The notes beneath the pieces are model-generated. The model did no database searches. It was not told the origin of the DNA and saw nothing but the letters and a program-made list of their open reading frames with translations. A program made the translations under genes and the position numbers. A stretch of DNA of 64,000 bases from Sphaerochaetaceae bacterium. GTDB lineage: Bacteria > Spirochaetota > Spirochaetia > Sphaerochaetales > Sphaerochaetaceae. The stretch covers positions 12,507 to 76,506 of the forward strand of contig JAZLEZ010000008.1 in NCBI GenBank assembly GCA_045615505.1, written 5' to 3'. Of this stretch, positions 8,555-18,072 are shown one piece after another; within the stretch, counting starts at the first letter, position 1; every line of letters begins with the position of its first letter.

Positions 8555-10579
8555 ATGAAACACTTTTCAGTGATTATTGTTTTTGCTTTTTTTATACTGA
8601 TACTTGCATCATGCAGTGAACAAACAGGTTCCGGTACACTGAAACTGACTATTCAAACAGAGTCCAAATCAATTATTCCTCCTTCTGATGCAGGGCGTAT
8701 TATCAAATACACAGTCACGGGAAAGGGGCCCGGAAACAAGGTATTCACAGAGAACTCAAACTCCAAAACCATAACGGTTGAGGGAATTCCCAACGGCACT
8801 TGGGAATTGGAAGCCCACGGACTTTCAGACAAGGGGCAAATAATTGCTTCCGGTCAGAAAACCATTTCTTTCTCGGGTTCGGATTCTTCGGAAATAATCC
8901 GCATTGTCAAAACTGTCGGCAAAGGAAATTTATCAATTCAGCTGAACTGGGATTCTGATATCGCCAAACCGCAACTGAAGTTTTTCATAGACAATCTGAA
9001 TACAGGGACAAGTACGGATTATTCCGTAAATCTGTCAAGCGGAGAAGAAGAATACACCCAAACCTTCAGTAATCTCGAATCGGGCTATTATCTTGTCCGA
9101 ACCGTTCTGTACGATGACGGAGTAAAAAAAGCCGGAAGCTGTGAAGCTTTCAGTATCATCAACGATTACACCACGGAAGGCAAACTGTCACTCAAAGTAA
9201 ATACAACTGACAATCAGGAAGATATGAAACTCAGTCTTCCGGAATCCGGAGCAGACTATCTGAATGCAGGACTTCAGAAAATGGAAAACAGTCTTGTTAT
9301 AGACGAATCTTACAAAGTGAATTTATCACTGTCAAACAGTATGAATTCAAATGACAGGATTCTTATTGCATGGTATGTGGACGGAGAAAGGAAAACCGAC
9401 TTTGCCGATTTAAACGGGAATGTTTCTTCTTTCTCTTTCTCTGCGCTCAAGGGGCGCCACATAATCAATGCAGTTCTTTTTGATTCAACATCTCAGACTT
9501 GTGCAAGTGCAAGAATCAGATACACAGGATGTACTGATGAAACCGAGGGAACCGCTGTTTTTTCAGCAACAATCGACAGTAAAAAACAACAGAAAATCAA
9601 GTTGGATTCAACAACACGGATTGGAGTTTTACCTGACGGAAAATTCATTGTTTTAACACCGAAACTTAATACACTTCAGCTGTGTCATGTTTCGGGGGCA
9701 TCTCTTGTTACGGAAACATCCGGAACTTATACAAACACAATGGAAAACTTTTCATGTATTTCGGATGCCACTTTGTTGTATTCCAGTGCTGCTTCGCCTT
9801 ATTTCATAATTGTAAGCAATTATACAAATGTTCATTTTTTTCATTATAATGCAAAGAATAACATTATAGAGCCTGCCACTTTCCTCAATGACGATTCAGT
9901 TGTTGAATTCATAGGAAGTTTTGTGCCGGATATGTCGGTTTTTAAAAACATAAATCAGGCAAGTATTGTATCAAACAGTGACGGAACATCAAGTTTGCTC
10001 TTTACCGATTCTTATGCATACGAAATATTTTCATGTGTATGCACGGACAAAGGAGTGAAACCACAGAAATACATCATCTTCAAACCTGACGGAGGTCCTG
10101 AATGTTCAGCATTTGCCGCATTTAATCAATCCATCGTATATTGCGACGGTATCAATCTTAATCAGGCAGATTTCGACGGAAAAACTGCTTCATCCGTATG
10201 GAAAAGTACTTCTCTTTATGATGCAGAAAATCCTTTCAAAATCTTTTATGTGAACAATACAAATATTCTCATGGGCTATTCCGACAGAATCAAGAGAGTC
10301 CAACTTAATGCTTCTTCTGGCACTTTCAGTTTTCTTTCCGATGAAATGATAAGCGTTTCCGATTTATGTCTGACACCCAATACTTCCTATATGTATGCCT
10401 GTAACTCTCAGGGGAAACTTTACAGCTATGCAACCGACTACGACGGTGTTTTCAAACAACTTGATGTTTATTCGGCTTTTGCTTCTTTCGTTCAGGTTGT
10501 TTCAGATTCCGATAATGTAATTGCTCTTACCGAAAACGGGTCACTCTACTTGTTTGACATTGCCAAGGAGGAAATATGA
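8555..10579 (+). CDS. Large hypothetical surface lipoprotein (Ig-like repeats plus a beta-rich C-terminal half)
   Basis: ORF 8492..10579 starts on TTG. The ATG at 8555, preceded by GAGAGG, gives MKHFSVIIVFAFFILILASC (lipobox). There are three ~90-aa beta-rich segments with recurring 'G.L.(I/L)...', 'GTWELEA' and 'GYYLVRT' patterns. No enzymatic motif. Confidence 0.6.
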   Translation: MKHFSVIIVFAFFILILASCSEQTGSGTLKLTIQTESKSIIPPSDAGRIIKYTVTGKGPGNKVFTENSNSKTITVEGIPNGTWELEAHGLSDKGQIIASGQKTISFSGSDSSEIIRIVKTVGKGNLSIQLNWDSDIAKPQLKFFIDNLNTGTSTDYSVNLSSGEEEYTQTFSNLESGYYLVRTVLYDDGVKKAGSCEAFSIINDYTTEGKLSLKVNTTDNQEDMKLSLPESGADYLNAGLQKMENSLVIDESYKVNLSLSNSMNSNDRILIAWYVDGERKTDFADLNGNVSSFSFSALKGRHIINAVLFDSTSQTCASARIRYTGCTDETEGTAVFSATIDSKKQQKIKLDSTTRIGVLPDGKFIVLTPKLNTLQLCHVSGASLVTETSGTYTNTMENFSCISDATLLYSSAASPYFIIVSNYTNVHFFHYNAKNNIIEPATFLNDDSVVEFIGSFVPDMSVFKNINQASIVSNSDGTSSLLFTDSYAYEIFSCVCTDKGVKPQKYIIFKPDGGPECSAFAAFNQSIVYCDGINLNQADFDGKTASSVWKSTSLYDAENPFKIFYVNNTNILMGYSDRIKRVQLNASSGTFSFLSDEMISVSDLCLTPNTSYMYACNSQGKLYSYATDYDGVFKQLDVYSAFASFVQVVSDSDNVIALTENGSLYLFDIAKEEI

Positions 10580-11115
10580 AAAAACTCTTTTTTATTCTGA
10601 TTATGAGTTTGTACTGTATGTCTGTCTTCGCTTCTTTTCAGGTAGGTTCCGGGTTGGATTTAGGAACGGCACAGGATTTTATCGTCAAGTCTAAAGGTTA
10701 CAGTATAAACGGTGATGTCAGGATAAAACTGACGGATTCCTTTGAAGCCAGAACCGTTGCAGGACTGACAAAAAACAACAGTGCACAATTGATTGAAATC
10801 GGTGTTTTTGCAGTTTACTACCCTTTTGTAAACCGCGGTATGTTTGCCGGTCTTTCTTTGTTTCAATTCGGTTTTGTAAAACCGCTTTCGATTCTTTCAA
10901 AGAACATGGTTTCTCTCAATGAAATTATTCTCGGATGGACAATAAATACCAAGAAAGGTTTTTATGTTGAGCCGTCAATAACCATAAGGGATCCCTCCGG
11001 AGCTTTTTCGGATGAATATTCACTTTTAAAAGGTGCTTTTGCCTGTTATGGAACATTCAGAATTCACTTGAATGCAGGCTGGAAATTTACATTTGACAAG
11101 GAGACGCAAAAATGA
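10576..11115 (+). CDS. Hypothetical exported protein, possibly a small beta-barrel outer-membrane protein
   Basis: Signal peptide MKKLFFILIMSLYCMSVFA, alternating hydrophobic beta-strand pattern, and an aromatic-rich C-terminus ('GWKFTF'). The ATG overlaps the upstream stop (ATGA). Confidence 0.45.
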   Translation: MKKLFFILIMSLYCMSVFASFQVGSGLDLGTAQDFIVKSKGYSINGDVRIKLTDSFEARTVAGLTKNNSAQLIEIGVFAVYYPFVNRGMFAGLSLFQFGFVKPLSILSKNMVSLNEIILGWTINTKKGFYVEPSITIRDPSGAFSDEYSLLKGAFACYGTFRIHLNAGWKFTFDKETQK

Positions 11116-12005
11116 AGGGAAAAATGTCAAAACTGTTTAATAACTCTTTATGTATTCTGATTTTACTTTCGCTCATATCTTGTAATTTGAATTTGGAAGA
11201 AGTCAGAAAATCCTCTGTTACGGATGGGGCTGTTCGTTCTGCTGTTGCCCGTTGTATCGAAGAAGAACTGAAAACTCTGGAAGGATATACGGATGAAGAT
11301 GTCTCAGAACTTCTCAATGCAAAAAACATGAGCGGAAAGGATATTGTTCAAAAGGCTCTCGGAGAAGAAAACGGAGAGGCTTATCTGGATTTCTGTTATG
11401 CCGCAAATCAAACCAGAATGAATAATGACTCCTCTTACATAATGAACTCGGCAAAAGACCTTATGGGCATTGAAACTTACAATGAGCTGAAGAACGAAAT
11501 AGACAACTATGAAAAAGGCATCAAAGGGTGGGCTTCTGAGGCTGTAAAGGATGTTCCTCCGGACCAGCAGGAAGCTTTTTACAAGGACTTAAAAGCTCTT
11601 GTTGTAAAAACTACCGTCATGCTTGTTGCAGCCTTTGTTTATGTTGCTGTTCCTCCTACAATAGTATGGGGAAAGGTTGCAGCCGGCGCCGCTCTATCAA
11701 TCGGTGCCGGGTTGGCGGCAGGAATCGTTATGGATGTTTACGGTTATTTTTCCAAGGGAATATCTCCCAGTCTTATCAATCTTGAAGAAGGAGAATCTTA
11801 CGAAGATCTTTCATTTGAAGACTGGGTTGCAAAACTGAAGGAAAGCTCAATGGCTACTTACGCAATGGCATCTGCCGCAACTTCCTTTATAACAAGCTCC
11901 GGAATGAATAAAGTCACGGGAGCCATTGTCCTTGGAATCTTTACGATTTACAATGCAACTTCTGCAATCGCAGATATGAAGAAAACCTACAACTTGGACG
12001 CATAA
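11112..12005 (+). CDS. Hypothetical lipoprotein with a C-terminal glycine-zipper hydrophobic region
   Basis: Lipobox 'LLSLISC', a helical acidic middle region, then 'VMLVAAFVYVAVPPTIVWGKVAAGAALSIGAGLAAGIVMDVYG' and a second hydrophobic segment. The ATG overlaps the upstream stop. Confidence 0.5.
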   Translation: MKGKMSKLFNNSLCILILLSLISCNLNLEEVRKSSVTDGAVRSAVARCIEEELKTLEGYTDEDVSELLNAKNMSGKDIVQKALGEENGEAYLDFCYAANQTRMNNDSSYIMNSAKDLMGIETYNELKNEIDNYEKGIKGWASEAVKDVPPDQQEAFYKDLKALVVKTTVMLVAAFVYVAVPPTIVWGKVAAGAALSIGAGLAAGIVMDVYGYFSKGISPSLINLEEGESYEDLSFEDWVAKLKESSMATYAMASAATSFITSSGMNKVTGAIVLGIFTIYNATSAIADMKKTYNLDA

Positions 12006-12022
12006 AAGTATATACTGGTTTT

Positions 12023-12502
12023 ATGTCAGTATTTTTAAAAGTTTTAATGATGGCTGTATTCGGTCTGGTTATCTTCGGAAGGCAGTATTTCACATCCGAT
12101 GTTTTATACTGGTCAATGTATTTTGTCCTTTTTGCATTGATTCCGTTTCTTTGGATGTCCATGTATCGTGTTTCGAAGAAAAAGGCTGCACAGGTTCTGG
12201 GTAAAGATGAACTCGGATACAATGTCAATGTCGGTATGGTACCGGTAAAAACAGAGGATGACCTTATCAGGGGAAGATTCTGCATAGATGAAAATGAGCT
12301 GAAACTTGTTGCAAAGAAAGGAAACATCTACTCCGTTATCTGGTCTGCTAAAATCAAGGATATTGAATCAGCTGGATTCGGTACCGTAGCTGGTGTAAGA
12401 AAGGGCTTTACGCTTCATTTCAAAAAATCTGAAGTATCATTTGTCTCTGAACAGGCAAACAAGGACAGAGATTCATTTTACAAGGCTCTGGGTTGGAAAT
12501 AA
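12023..12502 (+). CDS. Hypothetical two-TM membrane protein with a small beta-rich cytoplasmic domain
   Basis: Two N-terminal TM helices (VLMMAVFGLVIFG; WSMYFVLFALIPFLWM) followed by a ~95-aa soluble domain. There is no obvious SD. Last gene of the plus-strand cluster. Confidence 0.45.
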   Translation: MSVFLKVLMMAVFGLVIFGRQYFTSDVLYWSMYFVLFALIPFLWMSMYRVSKKKAAQVLGKDELGYNVNVGMVPVKTEDDLIRGRFCIDENELKLVAKKGNIYSVIWSAKIKDIESAGFGTVAGVRKGFTLHFKKSEVSFVSEQANKDRDSFYKALGWK

Positions 12503-12520
12503 ATCAGCCATATTTATCAA

Positions 12521-12555
12521 GTATCGGGATTCCGGATATAAGCAAAATCCCGATA
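12521..12555. terminator. 11-bp perfect hairpin between convergent genes (possible bidirectional terminator)
   Basis: GTATCGGGATT-13 nt-AATCCCGATAC lies between the cluster end (12502) and the thrS end (12569). Neither side has a clean U-tract. Confidence 0.35.
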
Positions 12556-12568
12556 CTCCTCTTCCAGA

Positions 12569-14326
12569 TTATTTAATTGTCTTTGAAAGAGCTTCTTCTT
12601 TGATATCTTTTATGAAATCCTCAAGCTTCATTGCACCCAGATCTCCGGCAGTACGATGTCTGGGAGATATGGTATTGTTTTCAATATCCTTATCACCGAC
12701 GATAATCATATAAGGAATCTTCTTCAGCTGAGCTTCACGGATTTTCTTTCCGATTTTCTCGTTTCTGCCGTCAACTGATACCCTGAAACCGTTTGCCTCT
12801 ATCTGTGCTTTGATTGAATCGGCATAATCCGCAGCACGGTCAGTGACCGGAAGAATTATAACCTGTTCCGGAGCAAGCCAAAGAGGGAACGCTCCTGCGA
12901 AATGTTCGGTAATGATTCCGAAAAATCTTTCTATTGAACCGTAAACAACACGATGAATCATAACCGGTGTCTGTCTGTTTCCGTCACTGTCTATGTATTC
13001 AAGGTCAAATCTTCCCGGAAGCTGATAGTCAAGCTGAATTGTTCCGCACTGCCATACACGCCCCAGACAGTCTGTCACATGGAAGTCAAGTTTAGGTCCA
13101 TAGAAAGCACCGTCTCCGGCATTAACCTCATAAGTTTTTCCGATAGAAGTAATTGCATCAGCCAGAGCGTTCTCGGCCTTTTCCCAATCTCCTCTTGTTC
13201 CGATATGATCTTCAGGCATAGTTGAAAGAACAATCTTATAAGGAAGATTGAATACGCTGTACATCTCGTCAAGAAGCTTTGTGATTCTTACAACTTCGCT
13301 CTGAATCTGTTCTTTTGCAAGCAGGATATGAGCATCATCCTGAGTAAATGCACGCACACGGAACATTCCGTGAAGAGAACCGCTGGCCTCATGTCTGTGG
13401 ACATTTCCCAATTCACCGTATCTCAAAGGTAATTCTCTGTAGCTGTGAGGCTCAAGAGAGTAAACCAGTATTGAACCCGGACAGTTCATAGGTTTGATGG
13501 CGTAATCTTCTTTTTCTATTACGGTTGTGTACATATTTTCTTTGTAGTGATCCCAGTGTCCTGAAGTCTCCCAAAGAGTTCTTTTCATAATCTGGGGAGT
13601 CTGGATTTCAAGATAATCCCACTTCTTGTGTTCCTGTCTCCAAAAGTTGATAAGCTCATTTTTTACAATCATTCCGTTATGAAGATAGAAAGGGAATCCC
13701 GGAGCTTCATCTCTGAATGCAAACAAACCCAAATCTCTGCCGATTTTTCTGTGATCACGGCGTTTGGCTTCTTCAATTCTCTCTATATAAGCATCAAGCT
13801 CTTCTTTGCTCTGAAATGCAATTCCGTAAATTCTCTGAAGAGTTTCTCTGTTGGAATCACCTCTCCAATATGCAGCGTTACAGGATAAAAGCTTGAAGGC
13901 ATTTTGCTTTACTCTGCCTGTATTATCCAGATGAGGTCCTGCACAAAGATCCGTAAATTCTCCCTGTGAATAGAAAGAAATAGGAACGCCTTCGGGAAGG
14001 TCATTGATAAGTTCAACCTTAAACGGTTCCTCTCTGTCTTCCATATACTTGATGGCTTCTTTTCTGGGAAGTTCAAAGCGTTCTATTGCAAGTTTTTCCT
14101 TGCAAATCTTTTTCATTTCTTCTTCGATTTTTTCAATATGCTCAGGTGTAAATGCAAACGGTGCAAGAGTATCATAGTACCAGCCTTCTGCAATTGAAGG
14201 TCCTATTGCCAGCTTGATTTCAGGCCAAAGTCTCTTGATAGCCTGAGCCATAATGTGTGAACAAGTATGCCAATACGTATGGCGGTACTCGTCGTTTTCA
14301 AATGTGTATCTGTTACCTTCAGACAT
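12569..14326 (-). CDS. thrS: Threonine--tRNA ligase (lacks an N-terminal TGS domain)
   Basis: Contains 'HTCSHIMAQAIKRLWP' (editing-domain HxxxH), class II catalytic core blocks ('FRDEAPGFPFY', 'HRHEASGSLHG', 'FTQDDAHI') and a C-terminal anticodon-binding domain. ATG with AGAGGAG RBS. Confidence 0.93.
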   Translation of the reverse strand: MSEGNRYTFENDEYRHTYWHTCSHIMAQAIKRLWPEIKLAIGPSIAEGWYYDTLAPFAFTPEHIEKIEEEMKKICKEKLAIERFELPRKEAIKYMEDREEPFKVELINDLPEGVPISFYSQGEFTDLCAGPHLDNTGRVKQNAFKLLSCNAAYWRGDSNRETLQRIYGIAFQSKEELDAYIERIEEAKRRDHRKIGRDLGLFAFRDEAPGFPFYLHNGMIVKNELINFWRQEHKKWDYLEIQTPQIMKRTLWETSGHWDHYKENMYTTVIEKEDYAIKPMNCPGSILVYSLEPHSYRELPLRYGELGNVHRHEASGSLHGMFRVRAFTQDDAHILLAKEQIQSEVVRITKLLDEMYSVFNLPYKIVLSTMPEDHIGTRGDWEKAENALADAITSIGKTYEVNAGDGAFYGPKLDFHVTDCLGRVWQCGTIQLDYQLPGRFDLEYIDSDGNRQTPVMIHRVVYGSIERFFGIITEHFAGAFPLWLAPEQVIILPVTDRAADYADSIKAQIEANGFRVSVDGRNEKIGKKIREAQLKKIPYMIIVGDKDIENNTISPRHRTAGDLGAMKLEDFIKDIKEEALSKTIK

Positions 14327-14371
14327 TTTTTTCTCCTCTTACGTAAAGGTTTTACTATTCTATATTTTAAA

Positions 14372-14407
14372 GGATAAAAAATAAAGGCGTCCCTTCCGGA
14401 ACGCCTT
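14372..14407 (-). terminator. Rho-independent terminator after hydA
   Basis: On the minus strand: AAGGCGTTCCGGAAGGGACGCCTT followed by TATTTTTTAT. Confidence 0.6.
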
Positions 14408-14424
14408 AAAGTATCTCAGATGCA

Positions 14425-16191
14425 TCAGCCCTTGAAAGGAACCTTTGCACTGTAACTTGTATGAAGAAGCTCGTGAGCCTTATGTGAGTTCGGCTTTTCG
14501 AGGAACTTGTCATACAGATCCTTAATCTGAGGATTATTGTGTGACTGTCTGACCTGCTGTCTTTCATCTTCAGAATAAAGAGCATTTGCTCTCTTCTGCT
14601 TGTATGTATCAACAATATCAAGACCTTCATTAGGAAGGAAACACTCACGGACATAAGGCTGACCGCCACCGGCTACACAACCGCCCGGGCACCCCATGAT
14701 TTCGATGAATGTATACTTGCTCTTGCCTTCACGGATCTGGTCCATAAGAACCTTAGCATTCTTCATTCCTGAAGCAACTGCAACTGAAATCTCATTGCCG
14801 TTGATGTTAAGTGTAGCTTCCTTGATTCCGTCAAAACCGCGGACTGCTTCAAACTTAATTGCTTCATGTTCTTTTCCTGTAAGTGCAAAGTATGCTGTTC
14901 TGAGAGCAGCTTCCATAACACCACCGGTTACACCGAAGATTACTGCAGCACCTGTGTAATCACCGACAATATCCATATCAAACTGCTCATCAGGGAGCTT
15001 TGTAAACTGGATACCGCTTCTCTTAATCAGGCGACCGAGTTCTCTTGTTGTAAGAACTGCATCAACATCCTTAAGACCGTTTGTTACAAGCTGTTCTCTA
15101 TCCTTCTCGTACTTCTTTGCAGTACAAGGCATAATAGAAACAACGAACATATCCTTAGGATCTACACCGATTTTCTCTGCATAGTAGTGTTTGAGGATTG
15201 CACCCTGCATTTCATGAGGGCTCTTGCAGCTTGAAAGATGATCAAGCTGATCTCCGTAGTAGTATTCTGCATAGTTGATCCAACCGGGTGAACAGGATGT
15301 AATCATAGGAAGAACGCCCTTGTTCTTTATTCTGTCAAGAAGTTCATTTGCTTCTTCCATAATTGTAAGGTCAGCTGCAAAGTTTGTATCAAAGACCTTC
15401 TTGAAACCAAGACGTCTGAGCGCTGCAACCATCTTACCTGTCACAGGTGTACCTACCGGCATACCGAACTCTTCACCAAGAGCTGCTCTTACTGCAGGAG
15501 CTGTCTGAACAACAACATACTTACCGGCCTTGAAAGCCTCATCGACTTTGTCGATTTCGGAATTTTCCATAAGAGCACCTGTAGGACAGACGCTAACACA
15601 CTGACCGCACTGGATACAAGGTGAATCTGCAAAGCTTCTGTTTTCTGCAGGAGCTACGATTGTCTTGAAACCACGGCCTTCAAAACCAAGAATTCCGTTT
15701 CCGTGTGCGTTGGCACAACGTGCAATACAGCGTCCGCAGAGAATACACTTGGAAGTATCTCTTACGATTGCCGGAGCAACTCTGTCCAATGTAACAGGAG
15801 TCTTTGCTCCTTCGTACATGTTTTCTCTTGCACCTGTAAGGCGTGCAACATGGAGAAGTTCACATTTCTCGTTCTTGTCACATTCCTGACAGTTTCTGTT
15901 ATGGTTTGAAAGAAGAAGTTCAACTGAAGCTCTTCTTGCAGCAACTGCCTTAGGTGAAGAAATTCTGATTTCCATACCTTCTGCTACAGGATATACACAT
16001 GAAGCTACCAAACCTCTGGCACCTGTTGCCTCAACAAGACAAACACGGCATGAACCACGGTTACATTCACCATGGTTGTATGTGCAAAGTGACGGAATTT
16101 CATATCCGCACTGTCTTGCAGCTTCAAGGATTGTAAGACCTGCTTCTACCTGATAAGGAACACCTTCAATTTTGATATTAACTAATGCCAT
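14425..16191 (-). CDS. hydA: [FeFe] hydrogenase catalytic subunit (HydA/HndD type)
   Basis: N-terminal 2Fe-2S and multiple 4Fe-4S cysteine clusters. H-cluster motifs: 'TSCSPGW', 'MPCTAKK', 'CPGGCVAGGGQP'. Confidence 0.9.
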   Translation of the reverse strand: MALVNIKIEGVPYQVEAGLTILEAARQCGYEIPSLCTYNHGECNRGSCRVCLVEATGARGLVASCVYPVAEGMEIRISSPKAVAARRASVELLLSNHNRNCQECDKNEKCELLHVARLTGARENMYEGAKTPVTLDRVAPAIVRDTSKCILCGRCIARCANAHGNGILGFEGRGFKTIVAPAENRSFADSPCIQCGQCVSVCPTGALMENSEIDKVDEAFKAGKYVVVQTAPAVRAALGEEFGMPVGTPVTGKMVAALRRLGFKKVFDTNFAADLTIMEEANELLDRIKNKGVLPMITSCSPGWINYAEYYYGDQLDHLSSCKSPHEMQGAILKHYYAEKIGVDPKDMFVVSIMPCTAKKYEKDREQLVTNGLKDVDAVLTTRELGRLIKRSGIQFTKLPDEQFDMDIVGDYTGAAVIFGVTGGVMEAALRTAYFALTGKEHEAIKFEAVRGFDGIKEATLNINGNEISVAVASGMKNAKVLMDQIREGKSKYTFIEIMGCPGGCVAGGGQPYVRECFLPNEGLDIVDTYKQKRANALYSEDERQQVRQSHNNPQIKDLYDKFLEKPNSHKAHELLHTSYSAKVPFKG

Positions 16192-16209
16192 AATTCTCGT
16201 CCTCCCTTA

Positions 16210-18072
16210 TCATTTCTTGTCAATTGCGCCGAACTTACATGTGCTCTGACACATACCGCACTTGATACACTTATCCTGATCAATCTTGAACGGGCTCTTG
16301 ATTACACCGCTGATTGCACCTACAGGACAGTTGCGTGAACATGCGCTGCAACCCTTACACTTAGCCGGATCAATTTCATATCTCATGAGTTTCTTACAGA
16401 CCTTAGCAGGACACTTCTTGTCAACAATATGAGCAATGTATTCATCTCTGAAGTTTGCAATTGTTGAAAGAATAGGGTTTGCAGCTGTCTGACCGAGAGC
16501 ACAAAGTGAACCGGCCTTAATTGTAGCAGCCAGCTCCTCAAGCTTTGAAAGGTCTTCCATTGTTCCCTTTCCTTCCGTAATCTTTGTAAGGATTTCGAGA
16601 AGTCTCTTTGTACCTACACGGCAAGGAGAACACTTTCCGCATGATTCGTCGCAGATGAATTCCATATAGAACTTTGCAACATCAACCATACAGTTGTCTT
16701 CATCCATAACGATTGCGCCGCCTGAACCCATCATTGAGCCACGGGCTACAAGGTTATCAAAGTCAATTTCCGCATCAAGATCTTTTTCAGTAAGACATCC
16801 GCCTGAAGGACCGCCCGTCTGAATGGCCTTGAATTTTTTACCGTTGGGAATTCCACCTCCGATATCGTAAATCAGTTCTCTGAGAGTCGTTCCCATAGGA
16901 ACTTCTACAAGACCTACATTGTTGATCTTTCCGCCGAGGGCAAATACCTTTGTTCCCTTGGACTTTTCCGTTCCGCAGGAAGCAAACTGTGCAGCACCGT
17001 TTCTGAGGATATAAGGAACCATTGAGAGAGTTTCTACATTGTTGACAATTGTAGGACAATCCCAAAGACCTTTAACTGCTGGGAAAGGTGGTCTTGGTCT
17101 AGGCATACCGCGCATACCCTGAATTGAGTTGAGCAATGCAGTTTCCTCACCGCAGACAAATGCACCGGCACCCGGTCTGATGTGACAGCGGAATGAAAAG
17201 CCTGTTCCGAGGATGTTGTCTCCGAGAAGCCCCATTTCCTCAGCCTGCTTAATACCGATTTCAAGTCTGTGAATTGCGATAGGATATTCAGCTCTGACAT
17301 AGAAGTATCCGTTCTGTGCACCGATTGCATAACCGGCAATTACCATACCTTCAATAACTGCAAGAGGGTTTCCTTCAAGGATTGATCTATCCATGAATGC
17401 ACCCGGGTCACCTTCATCACCGTTACAGACAACATACTTTGTTCCATCCGGCTGATCCTTTGCAAACTGCCATTTTCTTCCGGTAGGGAATCCTGCACCG
17501 CCACGGCCTCTGAGACCTGATGCAAGAACTTCATTGATTACATCCTGTCTATCCATCTGAAGAGCTTTTGCAAGACCTGCAAATGCACCTGAACCAAGAG
17601 CTTCGTTGATATCTTCAGGATTGATTCTTCCACACTGTTCAAGAGCGATTCTGCGCTGCTTTTTGTAGAAGTTGATATCATCCTGTTTTACAACCTTTTT
17701 CTGTGTTGCAGGATCAACATAAAGAAGTCTTTCAACAACTTCGTTGCCGATAAGATCTTTTTCCACAATCTCTTCTACATCTGCAAGTGCTACACCCTTG
17801 TAAAGAGTATCTTCAGGATAAATCTTTACGAAAGGACCCTGTGAACAGAATCCGAAACAACCTACCTGATTGACTGTGATTTTATCTGAAAGACCCTTTT
17901 CCTTTACAAGTGTTTCAAATTTTTCTCTGATTTCTTTTGAATTGGATGAGAGACATCCTGTTCCTCCGCAAAGAACAACAGCTCTCTTGCCTGATGTTCC
18001 TGAGAACTTTGCTGCAAGGCATGCACTGCATTCCTGCTGTTTTGTCTTCAATTCTTCAAAGTTCTTAATCAT
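16210..18072 (-). CDS. hydB: Hydrogenase flavoprotein subunit, NuoF-like (HydB/HndC)
   Basis: Contains 'GLRGRGGAGFPTGRKW' (FMN/NADH site), 'SCGKCSPCR' (N3 cluster), an N-terminal thioredoxin-like 2Fe-2S region and two C-terminal CxxCxxCxxxC ferredoxin motifs. Confidence 0.9.
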   Translation of the reverse strand: MIKNFEELKTKQQECSACLAAKFSGTSGKRAVVLCGGTGCLSSNSKEIREKFETLVKEKGLSDKITVNQVGCFGFCSQGPFVKIYPEDTLYKGVALADVEEIVEKDLIGNEVVERLLYVDPATQKKVVKQDDINFYKKQRRIALEQCGRINPEDINEALGSGAFAGLAKALQMDRQDVINEVLASGLRGRGGAGFPTGRKWQFAKDQPDGTKYVVCNGDEGDPGAFMDRSILEGNPLAVIEGMVIAGYAIGAQNGYFYVRAEYPIAIHRLEIGIKQAEEMGLLGDNILGTGFSFRCHIRPGAGAFVCGEETALLNSIQGMRGMPRPRPPFPAVKGLWDCPTIVNNVETLSMVPYILRNGAAQFASCGTEKSKGTKVFALGGKINNVGLVEVPMGTTLRELIYDIGGGIPNGKKFKAIQTGGPSGGCLTEKDLDAEIDFDNLVARGSMMGSGGAIVMDEDNCMVDVAKFYMEFICDESCGKCSPCRVGTKRLLEILTKITEGKGTMEDLSKLEELAATIKAGSLCALGQTAANPILSTIANFRDEYIAHIVDKKCPAKVCKKLMRYEIDPAKCKGCSACSRNCPVGAISGVIKSPFKIDQDKCIKCGMCQSTCKFGAIDKK

